Shown: piece by piece, positions 45,736 through 59,000 of the stretch
How the letters are laid out: each line of letters begins with the position of its first letter
Position numbering within the stretch: position 1 is the first letter of the stretch
The notes under the pieces: generated by a model
Databases searched by the model: none
Seen by the model: only the letters and a program-made list of their open reading frames with translations
Told to the model about the DNA's origin: nothing
DNA from: a virus
Reading direction: 5' to 3' (one strand)
IMG/VR virus record: IMGVR_UViG_3300011115_001056
Coordinates: 1 to 64,000 of that record
Length of the DNA stretch: 64,000 bases
Position numbers and translations under genes: made by a program

Positions 45736-48700
45736 ATGGCAAAACAATCACTACTTCAGGCGTCTGTATCTAGAATTAATTCTGCATTTGATAAGATAGC
45801 TTATGGAAAATCAGATCTTCATCTGGTAGAATCAGGCGTTGCAGTCTTTATTGATCAGAATAGATCAACAGAGATTAAACCAAAGTCTAGAGCCATAGTT
45901 GCTATGAATCCAACTGCCAGTATTCTAATTAAGAAGAAAGCATTTTCAACATTCAAGGCAACAAATGACTTAAGATGGATGGATAAGACTGAAAAAATGT
46001 TGCTCAGAACCACCAAGGCATTATTTGCCCTAAAGGTGGCTCAGCTTAGAGCTTATGAGTCTTTAACAAAATTAGATAATTTTTATGAAGAAACTGGAGA
46101 TATAAATTTCAGTCTTCTTGCCGACCTAATCTCTTCTTCTAGATATCTTCAGCTCCCAGGACAAAATAATAAAAGCTCTGATGCACTAGCACTTCTTGCT
46201 AGTTTTGGGGCAGCAGCTGGAATGGGAGCATCAGTTGATGATGTAATTAAGATTGTTAGAAGAAATGCTTTTTCAACAGCAAATACAAAAACTACCTGGA
46301 TAGTAGACCCCGATGATGTTACCAACTATGGAACAGGACCGGGGACAGGAGTAATAGAGATTTGCACCTTTACAAGCATAAGCACTTCTGTTGGAGTTAC
46401 TTCAGAAACAAAGTCTGCTACAATAGGAATACTTGATCCTCACAGGATTATGAATATCATTGAAGATGATATTGAAATGGCAATTGAAGAAGCTCTTTAT
46501 GGAACCTTAGGGCTAATGAATGATCTTGCTTATGCCGGAATGGGAGGAGAATATATAGATCCATCTCTTATAGTCTCTTCTGCGCTGGAGGTTTTTGGAC
46601 TTGGAAAGCTAGACGGAACTATGGATATAGATTATATTAGAGATAGGCTCAGAGTTTTTTATCTTGGAAAATGGATAATAAATGTAAATGATGGAGTTCA
46701 CATTTATATTGCTGGAAATAAATCAGTTACAAACAATAGTGATATAGAAAGCTCATCTTTTGATACAAGTTTAGATGATTCATATTTTCAAATTGATGAA
46801 AATATTTTAGAGGCAGAAAGAAAATTATATACAAATCAAAATATTTCCTCATCAACATATAAGAATATCAGAAAATATTCAAACAATTCTTTTATTATGC
46901 AGCATGTCTTTGGAGGCTACGTTAAAGGAGTATCCGAATCATACTCGGTAGATAAGACAACAATATCAGTCTCATGCCAGGATAATATGGGATGGTTGAC
47001 TGGCGTAAGATTCATGGAAGAGCCATCATTACTTGATCCGAGGGCTCCTTTAGAAGACCCCGTTACCCCTTTTGATATAAAAACAAATTCTGCAAGTAAC
47101 TCCTTAAGAGGGCCTTCATTAGAATTACTTCCAGAAAATAAAATACTTTTAAAGTCAGGACTTTTGTCACACAGTGCAGGCCTGTTAGCCGGATATAATG
47201 CAAATGAGTCAAACATATTTCAGGGGCAATATTCTGGACCAGGATCAATGTATGGGGCACAAATAGTTCAGCACCCTTCTGGATTAGTTTATAGATGGAG
47301 AACCGGTGTTCTAGGGCTCTCTTCCCCCTTCTCTCCTACTGGAGCCAGTAGTAATGGTGCTGCCTCTGCAATCTCCCCTGTCACTAGACAAAATTATGGA
47401 TTTTCGGTTACTAATAGCGTTGTTTCAAACTTGGATGTTGCCAATGTTATTAGTGTCATGATTACTGGACAGCCTTATAATATAGAGACATTTACCCAAC
47501 TTGCTTATGATGCAATGAACGTAGTCAGGGTTGGAAATTCACTTAATCCAAGCGATGCCCTATCATTTACCCTAGACTCGATTAGAAAACAAAATCCATT
47601 CTATGGAAATTTTAAGCCTTTTAGAATGATTACTATGTCTGAGCAGACAATAAATAAACTTAGCAATGATACTTTTGCAGTGGAAGATACTAAAAATAAA
47701 CTATCTATCTTAAGAAAAAAGAAAAATGATATAAACAGAAAAATTAGAATATTAAAATCATCTAAAGGAAATGAGTCAATTCAACTTCTATTAGAACAAG
47801 AAAGATCTTCTATAGATGCCTCAATAAACAGCCAAATAGAGTCTGTATATAGAAATAATGGCTCTTCTGTAGGAGGAGGAGTTAATGCATCAGATCTTTT
47901 TGATATTAACTTTAATATTTTTGGTCAAAATAAAGCTCTAAACATGGGAGGTAATTTAGAAACAGATCATGATTTGAATAGAGCCATGATGAGAGTTGCT
48001 ACGATGAGAAGAATAGAAGATGTGAAATTAAATCGCGATCAAAATCTTCTTATAGTCTCAGACCAATATGATTTAAATCCAGATATCAAAGCATATATGC
48101 TTAAATTAAGAACTTCTGGATTTAAATTATTTCAAGGTAATTATATGAACGTCTATGATAGATGTGCCGAAGCCGCAACAGTAACCATGATGGAATTCTT
48201 CTGTAATTCACAGGGTCATCTTGAAATTAGGCCTCCACAATATAATAAGACCCCCCTTTCTGTTTTAAATGCACTTTCAAGATATCAAAGTGCAACTAAA
48301 AGAAAAATTGTTCCAGACTTTTTATTCTCAATGTTTGGAGATAGAGTTTCTTCACTCAAACTAGAAATACATGCAACAAATATAAGAATAGCCATCATAG
48401 CTTTGCTCATGAATAAATATCCGGATTCTTCCCTAATACCTGGTGTAGCAGTTTCTGGAAAATCATCTTTTATGTTTTTTGGAGTTTCTTATTTTTCAAA
48501 TTCAGAAACAAAAACATATGAATCAAATATTGACAAATATACAGTTAATTTTTCTGATACTCATTCTAATTATCTAAAACTTGATATTGGGTCTACAGAA
48601 GATGGAGATATTTTATTTGGAAATATTGATACTCCGATTGGAAATTTTGATGAAATAGTAAGAGAATATGGGGCTGGGAGCAGTACAGGATCAATTTATG

Positions 48701-50691
48701 ACAAAACTTTAGATTCTTTGATTAATCCAAATAAAAAGATTGCAAAGAATTCCTCAGAAACAACACAAAAACAAGATGGAACAACAAAAACAATTTCTGA
48801 CTTTGGAACTCCCGATCAAATTGTTAAAGGTCTAAATGCCATAGTTGATTCTTTTAGAAAAGCATCTGGGCATAACCCGGCCTCTGGTCTGGTAGCTAGT
48901 GGTACAAATGGTGAATTTATAGAAAAAGATCTTTTAATTGGAATGAGTGAGTCATCTGTGAATTCTGGAGGCCTTGAGGCAAGACTCGATAAGCTTTTTG
49001 ATGAATTAGATCAGGCAGTATCAAAAAGAAATTCTCTTGTAAACTTATTGAAAAAAAATCAAGAAAAGAAAGAAGAATTAGACAGAATCGAGCAAGATCT
49101 TACGAATGGATTTTCTGAAGATAATACAGATTTTTGGGAAGATCCGGATGTTCAATCTAGAGTTGATAATGTTTTCTCAAATAAAACTACTAGCAGCGAG
49201 GGAGTTAGGGACTACGCAGGTGTAGTCAAAGGCATTTATGAGGCAGGAAGATATACAAAAAGAGCAATAGATGCAACCAAAGATTTCTTAGCAGGAAAGG
49301 CAACTCAAGGAACTCTCTTTGACCATCTAATAGATGATGACATGAGAAATCTTTTAGGTCCAGGCTCTGGTAGAAGGTTTGTTATTTATGATGAGCAGAT
49401 AAAGGGATATGAGGTTAGAGAATCTGAACCACAAATGACTAGAGTTGATGTTTTTGGAACTACTCCATTAGTTAATGATCAAATGAAAGCGGTCACAGGT
49501 GGAGAAAACTTTATTCAATGGGGTGGAGCAGTAGACTATGATCTCTGGAGACAATATGGATACAAATGGAAAGGTATTCAGGATGCTCCATTTATATCTG
49601 ATGCAGAAACTCAGGCTAAGCCTCTGGCACTACAGCACTTGGCCCTTCAAAGAGCAGTAATATTCTCAGGAAGTATTCAGCTTGCTGGCAATGAATATTA
49701 TCAACCTGGCGATACAGTTTACATTCCATCAAAAGGTCTGTTATTTTATGTAGCAACAGTTTCTCATTCTTTTGGTTATGGCTCATCGTTTGATACCAAC
49801 CTTACTTTAATGTATGGTCATCCACCAGGAGTATATCTTCCAACTCCAATGGATATCATTGGACAATCTTATTCCAAAGATACTATGAAGCAGGGTGGAT
49901 ATATCGTAAGGAGAAAAAATAATGGAGATGATAGCTATAGACCACTACAGCCAGATTGTGCCATTAGATTCCCCAAGAGTCCAAAAATAACAGAATCTAA
50001 TTTGGAATATTTACTTAGTCATAAAAATAATATGGTTAAATTTTATAATATGGTTACCGATCTATCAAATGGACTACTTACATCAGGCAGAGTTCTTTTT
50101 ATTAGAGGATTTACAAAAGATGACTCAGAAGAGGCAGATGTTTTAGAAAAGCTTAATTTGGTTTCTGGGTTATTTCAGAACCCAGTTATGTTATCTCAAA
50201 AGTTAGATACTGCGGTAGGCGATGATCTTCTTGCAGATTTTTTGCAACCAACTCAAAGCTTGTTAAATATTAACGCAGGCTCCGGAATGAACAAAGAGCT
50301 TAAGACAATGTTTCTTCCTAATGGAGCCCCAGTGACTAAGGTTCAAAAGGAACAGATTTTATTGCAGGTAGCTAAATTAAATAGAAATAATTCTGAATTT
50401 ACCGCTGACAAGACAGCATATAAATGTTTCTCTGCAGTAAACTTAAAAGATATTGGAAAATTAAAGAAAGAAAAAGAAAATTATATTTCAGATTTTGATG
50501 CCCTATCAACAACCCTTTACCCAGATTTTCCAAAGGGAGGTCCATCTCAATCTACCTGGTTAGAGATGGATGATTTGCTACAAAATATTTTCTCATCAAA
50601 CCCACTAATTAAAGACTATGAAAAGGTAATTGAAATTGGTATATTAGAATTAGATACTGCTAAAGTAAAATTACTAAAGAGTTTAAGATAA
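45736..50691 (+). CDS. Baseplate hub protein (gp27/gpD-like) with large insertions
   Basis: VFGG.V..V.ESY....I.V.C.DN; EFFCNSQGHLEIRPPQYN; GNEYYQPGDTVYI...FYV..VSHSF.YG.SF.T.L.L. Confidence 0.7.
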   Translation: MAKQSLLQASVSRINSAFDKIAYGKSDLHLVESGVAVFIDQNRSTEIKPKSRAIVAMNPTASILIKKKAFSTFKATNDLRWMDKTEKMLLRTTKALFALKVAQLRAYESLTKLDNFYEETGDINFSLLADLISSSRYLQLPGQNNKSSDALALLASFGAAAGMGASVDDVIKIVRRNAFSTANTKTTWIVDPDDVTNYGTGPGTGVIEICTFTSISTSVGVTSETKSATIGILDPHRIMNIIEDDIEMAIEEALYGTLGLMNDLAYAGMGGEYIDPSLIVSSALEVFGLGKLDGTMDIDYIRDRLRVFYLGKWIINVNDGVHIYIAGNKSVTNNSDIESSSFDTSLDDSYFQIDENILEAERKLYTNQNISSSTYKNIRKYSNNSFIMQHVFGGYVKGVSESYSVDKTTISVSCQDNMGWLTGVRFMEEPSLLDPRAPLEDPVTPFDIKTNSASNSLRGPSLELLPENKILLKSGLLSHSAGLLAGYNANESNIFQGQYSGPGSMYGAQIVQHPSGLVYRWRTGVLGLSSPFSPTGASSNGAASAISPVTRQNYGFSVTNSVVSNLDVANVISVMITGQPYNIETFTQLAYDAMNVVRVGNSLNPSDALSFTLDSIRKQNPFYGNFKPFRMITMSEQTINKLSNDTFAVEDTKNKLSILRKKKNDINRKIRILKSSKGNESIQLLLEQERSSIDASINSQIESVYRNNGSSVGGGVNASDLFDINFNIFGQNKALNMGGNLETDHDLNRAMMRVATMRRIEDVKLNRDQNLLIVSDQYDLNPDIKAYMLKLRTSGFKLFQGNYMNVYDRCAEAATVTMMEFFCNSQGHLEIRPPQYNKTPLSVLNALSRYQSATKRKIVPDFLFSMFGDRVSSLKLEIHATNIRIAIIALLMNKYPDSSLIPGVAVSGKSSFMFFGVSYFSNSETKTYESNIDKYTVNFSDTHSNYLKLDIGSTEDGDILFGNIDTPIGNFDEIVREYGAGSSTGSIYDKTLDSLINPNKKIAKNSSETTQKQDGTTKTISDFGTPDQIVKGLNAIVDSFRKASGHNPASGLVASGTNGEFIEKDLLIGMSESSVNSGGLEARLDKLFDELDQAVSKRNSLVNLLKKNQEKKEELDRIEQDLTNGFSEDNTDFWEDPDVQSRVDNVFSNKTTSSEGVRDYAGVVKGIYEAGRYTKRAIDATKDFLAGKATQGTLFDHLIDDDMRNLLGPGSGRRFVIYDEQIKGYEVRESEPQMTRVDVFGTTPLVNDQMKAVTGGENFIQWGGAVDYDLWRQYGYKWKGIQDAPFISDAETQAKPLALQHLALQRAVIFSGSIQLAGNEYYQPGDTVYIPSKGLLFYVATVSHSFGYGSSFDTNLTLMYGHPPGVYLPTPMDIIGQSYSKDTMKQGGYIVRRKNNGDDSYRPLQPDCAIRFPKSPKITESNLEYLLSHKNNMVKFYNMVTDLSNGLLTSGRVLFIRGFTKDDSEEADVLEKLNLVSGLFQNPVMLSQKLDTAVGDDLLADFLQPTQSLLNINAGSGMNKELKTMFLPNGAPVTKVQKEQILLQVAKLNRNNSEFTADKTAYKCFSAVNLKDIGKLKKEKENYISDFDALSTTLYPDFPKGGPSQSTWLEMDDLLQNIFSSNPLIKDYEKVIEIGILELDTAKVKLLKSLR

Positions 50692-50693
50692 TT

Positions 50694-53027
50694 ATGAGTG
50701 TTCCATTTTATTTCAGAGAAGCAAGAATATTCAGCGTTGATACTGTCAACTTCACCTGTTCGCTTATTTATGGAGATTTAAATTCTGGTGAGATTTCTCA
50801 TGGAGTTCCCATGCCAAATCTTATTGGGTCTGGAAATTCAGGAGTTATCTCTAACCTTCTTCCTGGAACCAGTGTTATTGCAGCTTACCTTCACGATACA
50901 TCTAGAGAGACCGTAGTCATTGTTGCTGTTTTGCCATCAACTCTTCAAAAAAATTCTGATTATAACAGTACCTCTAATTTTTTAATTGATAAAAACAAAG
51001 GAACTGTAGCTTATCCAAAAACTCTTGGCATTGGTGATACTTATATTTCAGCACATACAGGCCCTCATATCTGGCTCAAAAGTGATAATTCACTTCATCT
51101 TTCATCTAAGGATGGAAATGGTATATTCTTAATTCCAAATCAATCTGGAGTTAGTAACTTATTTCAGCTTTCACATAATCATTCTACTGAGGGATCTGGA
51201 GGAAGATTAAGCTGGGGGAGAATAAAGAGAAGTTTCAATAATCTAGGATGGAGTACTTCCAGGCCCTTTAATACTGATCTTACTAGAGACTCTAAGCTAA
51301 GAGAGGTAGGATTTTGGCAGGGAGAGGGTATTTCAAATATCAGTACGACTGTAGGGCTAAGAAACCCTGCGCTATCAGAATATAAATTAATTATAAATGA
51401 ATTTGCCACAGAATTTGGATTTTCTGGATTTGATAAAGAATTAGAAAAAACAGATAATATCTATGCGGCAATAAAAAAATATCCAAATAGATTAAGAGAT
51501 AGAGAGTCAGGAAATGCTTTAAAATTATCAGAAGGAGAGTTAATAGAGATTATTGCCGGAAATCTTGCAGACATCGACGGCTTAGTGTTGGATCTTAATT
51601 ATAATCCGGTTTTTTATGATTTAAAAATTCCATCCGTAAATAGAGATGAGAAGATTGAAGAAGCCATCAGAAAGAGTAGGCGAGGAATTGGATATCACTT
51701 TAAGCTATCAACAAATACAAAATCTACCGACGTATCTACTAGCTCTAAAGATTTTATATTTGATGTAGACAAAGAGGGAATTTTAAAAGTAAATATTCCA
51801 AAATCAACCGGAACTGGAAACATTCCCTATGTAACTGATGTTAATTTTCAAAAAAATAATGATGGAAGGGTATTGGGCATAGCCGCTGCAAATGCCGCTG
51901 TTAAAGAAAAAATACCAGTAAATATAAGAGATCGGAATGGAAAGCCAGTAGATCAGAAGCCACCAGGAACCATCCACAGGAAGACTGGAGTACGATTTGC
52001 AAACACAACTAATGATGCTTATTTCCCAACATCTGATGATAGCGTTAAAGATACGGTTAGAATAAATACCACCAAACATCACAACATCTACGCTGCGGCA
52101 GAACGTCTTATTGCCAATCATGTCACTAAAATTCAAATTCCGGCCGCATTTTCTAGAGAAAAGTACCTAACAGGTAATGGAATTAGTATAGGGCCTATTC
52201 CTGATATTCCATCTAGTATAGATTCATATTCCCTAAATTCTACATTTGAGATGAGATTCCAGCCTAGCGAAATCCCTGCTGATGCAAATGACCCAAACAA
52301 CAAATCTAACGTTACAAATAACTTTTACTCTACTGTGCAAGTTTCTCCAAAATCTCCAGCAATTTCAACCGGAGGAGATACTGTAGTTGCAGGAAATATT
52401 TACAGCTCGGATGATGCACTTCAGCCATTAATTAGCAATTATTTTAAGACAGAGTCTGGACCAAACGGAATAAACGTAACTCCAGATAAAACATTTGATA
52501 ATGTAGTAACTCATGGAGGCGTAAGTGCCAATATGAATTTAGAGGGAAGCTTAGAGCTATCCGTTGGAAAGGATAATGTAGATAGCAAAAGCATAGTTCT
52601 AGATACTGCAGGATCACTTGTAATGTGGCTTGGAAAAGATAAAAATAATAGAAGTATGATTTTTCAATCAGATGGCGATGTTTTAGTAAACGTTGGTGGC
52701 TCATATAATCAGTCCAGTAATCCATCTGTTGACCCGACCTTTAATTCGGGAAGATTTGATCTCAGAGTTAACGTTGTTGATAAGGGATTTTGGGATTCTG
52801 ATGGGAATGCAAAAAAGGAAGCTCCATTTAGCTCAGATTATCTAATCTCAATTAGTGAAAATGGCTTAGTTATATCGGGTATGAAGGCAGGAGCACCAAT
52901 GGTAATCAGAAATGATGGCCCGGTAATGATGGAGAGTGCTAGCAGCAAACTGATCTTAAAAGGATTACAAGTTGAAATTGTTGAATTTGGAAAACTACCA
53001 TCTGATGGTGGCAGAAGTAAACAATAA
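50694..53027 (+). CDS. Baseplate central spike protein (gp5/gpV-like)
   Basis: Follows hub; OB-fold-like N-terminus; C-terminal short beta-strand repeats GSLELSVG...GSLVMWLG...GDVLVNVG. Confidence 0.6.
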   Translation: MSVPFYFREARIFSVDTVNFTCSLIYGDLNSGEISHGVPMPNLIGSGNSGVISNLLPGTSVIAAYLHDTSRETVVIVAVLPSTLQKNSDYNSTSNFLIDKNKGTVAYPKTLGIGDTYISAHTGPHIWLKSDNSLHLSSKDGNGIFLIPNQSGVSNLFQLSHNHSTEGSGGRLSWGRIKRSFNNLGWSTSRPFNTDLTRDSKLREVGFWQGEGISNISTTVGLRNPALSEYKLIINEFATEFGFSGFDKELEKTDNIYAAIKKYPNRLRDRESGNALKLSEGELIEIIAGNLADIDGLVLDLNYNPVFYDLKIPSVNRDEKIEEAIRKSRRGIGYHFKLSTNTKSTDVSTSSKDFIFDVDKEGILKVNIPKSTGTGNIPYVTDVNFQKNNDGRVLGIAAANAAVKEKIPVNIRDRNGKPVDQKPPGTIHRKTGVRFANTTNDAYFPTSDDSVKDTVRINTTKHHNIYAAAERLIANHVTKIQIPAAFSREKYLTGNGISIGPIPDIPSSIDSYSLNSTFEMRFQPSEIPADANDPNNKSNVTNNFYSTVQVSPKSPAISTGGDTVVAGNIYSSDDALQPLISNYFKTESGPNGINVTPDKTFDNVVTHGGVSANMNLEGSLELSVGKDNVDSKSIVLDTAGSLVMWLGKDKNNRSMIFQSDGDVLVNVGGSYNQSSNPSVDPTFNSGRFDLRVNVVDKGFWDSDGNAKKEAPFSSDYLISISENGLVISGMKAGAPMVIRNDGPVMMESASSKLILKGLQVEIVEFGKLPSDGGRSKQ

Positions 53028-53063
53028 TTTCTATTTGTTGAAGATAAGTAGGTAGGTAATAAA

Positions 53064-56000
53064 ATGTCAGACATAGTTCCTAAAATATCACAAAATCTTT
53101 TTAATTCATTGGTTCAAATAAAAGAACCTAGTGCAAGATATTTGATAGATCCTTGTGTAGATGTAATAAAAACAGACAGTGCAGAGCTAGCTGTTTTATT
53201 TCCTACTACTTCTGATTCCACAAAGAAAACAGTTCCTGCTATGGGCGGTTCAATTGTAAAGATATCACTAGGCTCTACCACAAAAACAGATGAAGAAAAG
53301 AGAAAATATGCAGCATATTTAGAGAGAATAAACGACAAAGAATTATCGCTATTTAATAGCGAAACTATTGAAAAGATGGAGAAAGAAAGTACATCTTCTC
53401 TTAGGGTAAATATTAGCCGCCTTTTTATTGAGGCAATATCTTCCGATCTCAATATAGACGGAATCCCAAACCTGTATCTATCATCAACAATAGAAGAAGT
53501 GGCTCTTCTTGATAAGAAGACAGATTATTATGGAGTAATCAGAAAGAATGCAAAATTTGCTTTCATTCCAATCGAAGCAATAACCGAAGTACTAAAGGAT
53601 ATATCTAGAACAACTTTAAATGGAGATCCAAAGAGATCTACTATGGGTGCTTGGTCAGGTCTAAGTGGAAGAAAATATTCTTCCAAGGACCCCTCAGAAA
53701 CGGATAAAAACTTAGGGCTTTATGAAATAGCTGTCTCAACTTCGCCAAGTGATGAGGATATTTCTTGTTTAATAATGGATATGCTTCCATTTTTAAACCT
53801 ATCCGAAACAGAAATGTTGGAAGACCCGGTTACTCCAGTATTGGGCGGTTACTTCACAATAATTAATGATAATATTTATCTTAAAATGCCAGATTTTAGT
53901 GGAGTAGACTCTGCAGGATACAGCAGCGATTATATTACTAATTCTGAACTAAATTTCTTATTTCAATTAGTGCAAAAAGAAAAAGGCATTTATTCTGTTA
54001 AAAATATTGAGTTAAAAGCATATATTCCAATCTCTGCAGATATAATTGATTATCCAGAAGATTATTTCTTAAACAGTGGTGAAGAATTTTCAATTACCTT
54101 TAGTGCAAATGAAAAACCAACTAATGTTTTTCTTAGTCCAGCAATTGAGGATAATGTAAAATTAAAAAATAGTTTCTTTAAAGGAATTTCAGCATCCAAA
54201 TCTGGAAGCTTTATAGAATTTAATCCATATCCAAATCCATTTGTATCAATTTTTGATAATGATTTAATTATCAAAGAGAATAGTCCTGTTCCAAGCCTCA
54301 GCCATGCATCGCGCATTGATCAGCCATATTATAATGTTTCTTTTTCTAATTTACAAAAAATAAGAAAAGAGATTGACTCTAAGTATAATAAAAGTCTTGA
54401 TAAAGTAGGAGCAATTGGAAAATATATTCAGAATATATCTCCAGATCCAAAAAGAAAGATTATAGTAACTGATGATCCAAAGAGTTTTTTTTCAATAGGA
54501 TTTCCATTTGATCAGGACTTATTAAAATCAAAGGAATCCGGTGGTGCGGCTGGACAGACCCTATCTGCTTATGAATTTTCTGGAAATTTGTCAAGACAAA
54601 ATCTAATACTTCACAATGGATTTCCTGCAAATTCTGGAGATGAGGAATCAACAGGTAAAAGCGGAAATAATTCAAAATATTTTAAAAAGAATTTTATTGC
54701 CAATTCAATAGGACTATGTGAAAATTATAGACCGAGAGTATTTACTACTCCGAAAAATTTTATTCCGTCTACCTGGATAAAGTCAACAAATATTGTGGCA
54801 GAAGGTGATTCTTTTATAGCAAAATTCTCAGTAGCTGATATTAAAAAGTTTTATTCAGATACTGCCACAAATATGAAATTTGTAGTATATGCTGATGATG
54901 GGCATAACCAAATTTCAAAATTTGAAAATGGATATCTTTCAATAGTGGTGGAGGCTCCAGAGATAGAAGTAATAAGTCCAGATGGAACTAGGGCTGATGC
55001 TACAATTATAAAATGTGATAATTCTTCATTTTCGGGAAGTAGTCTTATCTCTATATACACTTCATCTGCACAATATATTGACTCTATAAAGATAAACGGA
55101 GTTGAAATCAAAAAGGGTTTTGATGTATTTTCTGGTTGGGAGGCGGTTGGTTCCAACATTATATTTTTGTTTATTCCATGTATATCTGGAATAAATGAAG
55201 GTATTGCTGAAATAATAATATCTCAAGGTTCTGTTTCTTCTGCTCCATATAAAATATATATAGCGAACGGATTTGACACCACCATTGATACCTCAGAGAT
55301 AAGTGATCTTCCAGATACAATTGCGGGAATATCTGATTTTTCAGCAGATGAGGTTAATTCAGAGAATCTGTTTATTACCGGACCAAATTATGAAATACCC
55401 ATATGCTATAATGATCCTAGAGCAAAAATTCAAATAAAAAGCAAAAAGAAAATTTTTAAAGATGGAAGAATTATATATCTTTATCTTGCTTTTGAATCAG
55501 AAGATATTGCAAAAAAATTCTCTCAAAATAATGTTTCGCTTAGCAATGAACTTTGGGTTGCTAAAGACTTTTCCTATGAGCTATCAAACTCTTTACTTTC
55601 AGATTTTTATAGAAAAAGTAAAAAGAAGGCAGAGTTATTTTTTCCAGGAAATGAACATTCCACTAAGCCTTTGAGCTTACTATATTCTGGAATATCAAAA
55701 GCTTATCTGGTATTGTCAACCAAGAGTCCTTCTGAATTTTCAATTACCGATAACTTAGGAATTCTTCAACTAGGAGACTCAACCCATAATGCATTTTTTG
55801 AACCACCACTAGTAGTTGGGATGGCGGCAAGTTTTTATGACGGCAGATCTGCAAATCATCTTGATAACTTTAATTCAAACGAATATAAAAGTATTGCAAA
55901 TAAAATATTAAAAAAAGAAACTAATATATCTGATTTAAAAATTTCAGAAATTAACATTTTTGATAAATTTAAAAAACTTATAGTTCTTTTTAAATATAGA

Positions 56001-59000
56001 GAGCTTAAAAAATTTAAAAAGAAATACTTTAACTTATATATAAAGAGCGTAAAGGTATCAAAATCATTTTCTTTAGAAGGAATAAAAAAAGTATCTGATT
56101 TAGACTTGTCGCCAGTTGAAATTTTAGATTCAAAAGGACTATATTACTTTGTAATTAGCAATGTAAATATTTCAACCAGTGAGCCTGCGGATGTTAGGAT
56201 TGATATTTCTGATCGTGATTTTTCAGTAAAAAATTCTACTCAAAATAAATATATAGATTATTCCTTAAGAATTTCATCTTCTCTAATCTCTAAAAGTTCT
56301 TCTCCGGATAGTCAGTCTGTATATATCAACGATAGTTCTCAGCAGATAGCTGCTCAGAAGGATGGTGTAGGAAGCCTTTTTGGTCCATATGGATCTGATA
56401 AAGCTCTAACTGGATTTTTTATAAATGATTTTACTGGCAATATACTTAACTTTGTAACCTACTCAAAAGTAAGGGTAAGCTCTAGTATTTCAGGAAAAAT
56501 ATCAGCAATAAAAGAACCCTCTAGTTCAGATAAGGTTGTAGATTTATTAAAATATTCTGATTCTAATTTAATCTCAGAATTACCAAATTCTTATTTGACA
56601 ATAACCTCTGGATCAGAAGTTTACTCAAATCAATATATCGAAGGAAGTGAAGATTATTTAATATTCTTAAGGCTTCAGGTTAGTGATATATGTAAGATTG
56701 GAGTTTTAACTCCAAAGATTATAGCTATATCAACAAACGTTCTGATTCCTGGAGATAGAATTATCCTAACTGCAGAAAATATATTGGAAACTTTTGTAGT
56801 TGAAATATCGGGAACACAGGCAAAAACGGTTGGAATAAATAAAATTAGTCCTACCATCTCAGAAATATCCATAATTGTTCCAGAGGGAGTTCCTAATTTA
56901 GTCTCTATTGTTGAGTGTGGTTGGTTAATATATAACGGAAATAATGTATTAAACCGTGGCATTAATGAGCTTGGTAAGCAGATGACCGACACCCTCGAAA
57001 GGGCTGCGGCAGGAGCTTTGGCAGAAATAACCAATCAATTTAATGGATGGAAAGATAAGCTATTAGCGCGCCCGCTCAAGTTTATTGGAACACTTATGGA
57101 TAGGGCAAATATCGCAAAAGAATTTATTACAAGTTTTTGTAATTTTTCATTTAAGATAGTTTGTGACTTAAACATAAATCTTCAGGGATTTTCTCAATTA
57201 TTAATTCCAATTAAAGTCTTATTATGCCTTATTGATGTAATTTGTAATTTATTTAATCCATTTCAATTACCATTTGCAATCATAAGATTGTTCGAATGTC
57301 TTTATGACTTAATTTTATTACTTCCACAAATTTCTATTCCTGTAATGTTCTTTAATTTATTGATTCATTTATTAGATCTTTTAGAGTGTTTGATAGTAAA
57401 AATTTTAAACTTATTTATTGTAATAAATCTTTTTATTGATGCAATAGTTGCGATTCTTGCAAACCCTGAAAACATAAGTTTTAGAGATCTGATGGTTCTA
57501 GAAGAATTGTTACTTAAGTACGTAGTTTCGGTAGAAGCAGATCTTGAACTTTTAGCTCCAGTAATTCAAGTAATAGCAATCTTCCTTCAATTGTTACAGC
57601 TAACTTTTAGATTTCCATGCTCAATTAATCCCAATTCAATAAGTGCACCCTGTGGTATTGATGGATTTGAGGTTGGAGCTATGGTCAGCGGAATGATAGC
57701 AGAAAAGACTGGAACCGAACCTCATGCTAACTATATTTTCAAAAAGGAATATCTTATTCCTATTTCTCAGCCATTTACAAAGATTGATTCTAAGATTGCA
57801 ATTCCACCATCTTATGACAATGCAACGGAACCAGTCCGCGGATCAATTGCTTTTGATGGAACAGATGCTGTAGAAGGAAATCTTTATGACCTATCTTATT
57901 TTAATTCAGACTCACTAAGGAAAAAAAACTCTAGCTTTAATCCAGAAACAGATGATATAAAAGATATTACGACTGATACCTATATTTCTTTGTCTGCCTC
58001 TTATACAAAAAGAAGAAAGACATTTGAATCGGTACAAAGTGTAATCTTTAAATTCAATACAAGGACTTGGAAGTCGGCAATTCTTCCCAATATTTTTGAT
58101 CAGCAAGTAATAGACGAAACGAAAGGATTTGATACTCCAGTTGTTCTTCTTTCAAAAAACTCTGAAAGTTTATATGTTGCAAATAGTTCTTCATATGGAA
58201 GTTTCTATAGTCTTTTGGATGGAAAAGAAATGATGACCACTCCTATAGATGGAGTGGCCTCAATAGTTCCGTTGACGCTAGATATCGTTCAAGATGGAGT
58301 TACGGTACAAAGGATATTCAATACAATTCCATCCATGTTACTTTTAGATGAAGAGTTTAATGTTTATGTAGTAAATGAGGGTGGAATAATCTTTGGAGAA
58401 TATAAAGATCTTGACGGAAATATTGTTACTGGAATTACTGAAATTAGAGCAACCGTAATTAACAAGCAGTCCTCAACTCCAGATGCCTTTGATAAGGAGG
58501 ATGAAGTTATTGGAACTGACCCCGAAGCTGATGAGGATGGCGTTGTACCAGCCGATGCAGTACCAGTTACAAAATCAATCTTTTCCCTCCCACAGCTTTA
58601 TTTTGTTGATACTAGAGTTGCCGCAGAGTCAATTCAGGCAAAATGCGAAACATCTTCTATCAATCAGATTCCTCTCGATCTTTCTGGTGACGGAGGAATA
58701 GGTGAGGTCGAAAAAATGTCAGGATGCTTAAATGATTTCTTATCCTCAATAACAAGTCAAACCAATCAAATTAAATCTGACCTATCGTTAGGAAAGGTTC
58801 CATCTAAAGTATCAGAAGAAAAAGTTTCTGCTGCATACGGAGTTCTAGTTAGCTGTACTAATGATAGTATTAACAATATATGTTCGATTGTAGTTAATCC
58901 ATTAAATACATCTTTCTTTCTGCTTGCAGATGACGATGAGACCCCTATCCTTCCCGATACTTCTCTTTCTGTGGAAATCCTATCTGGGTTCCAGGCCTCA

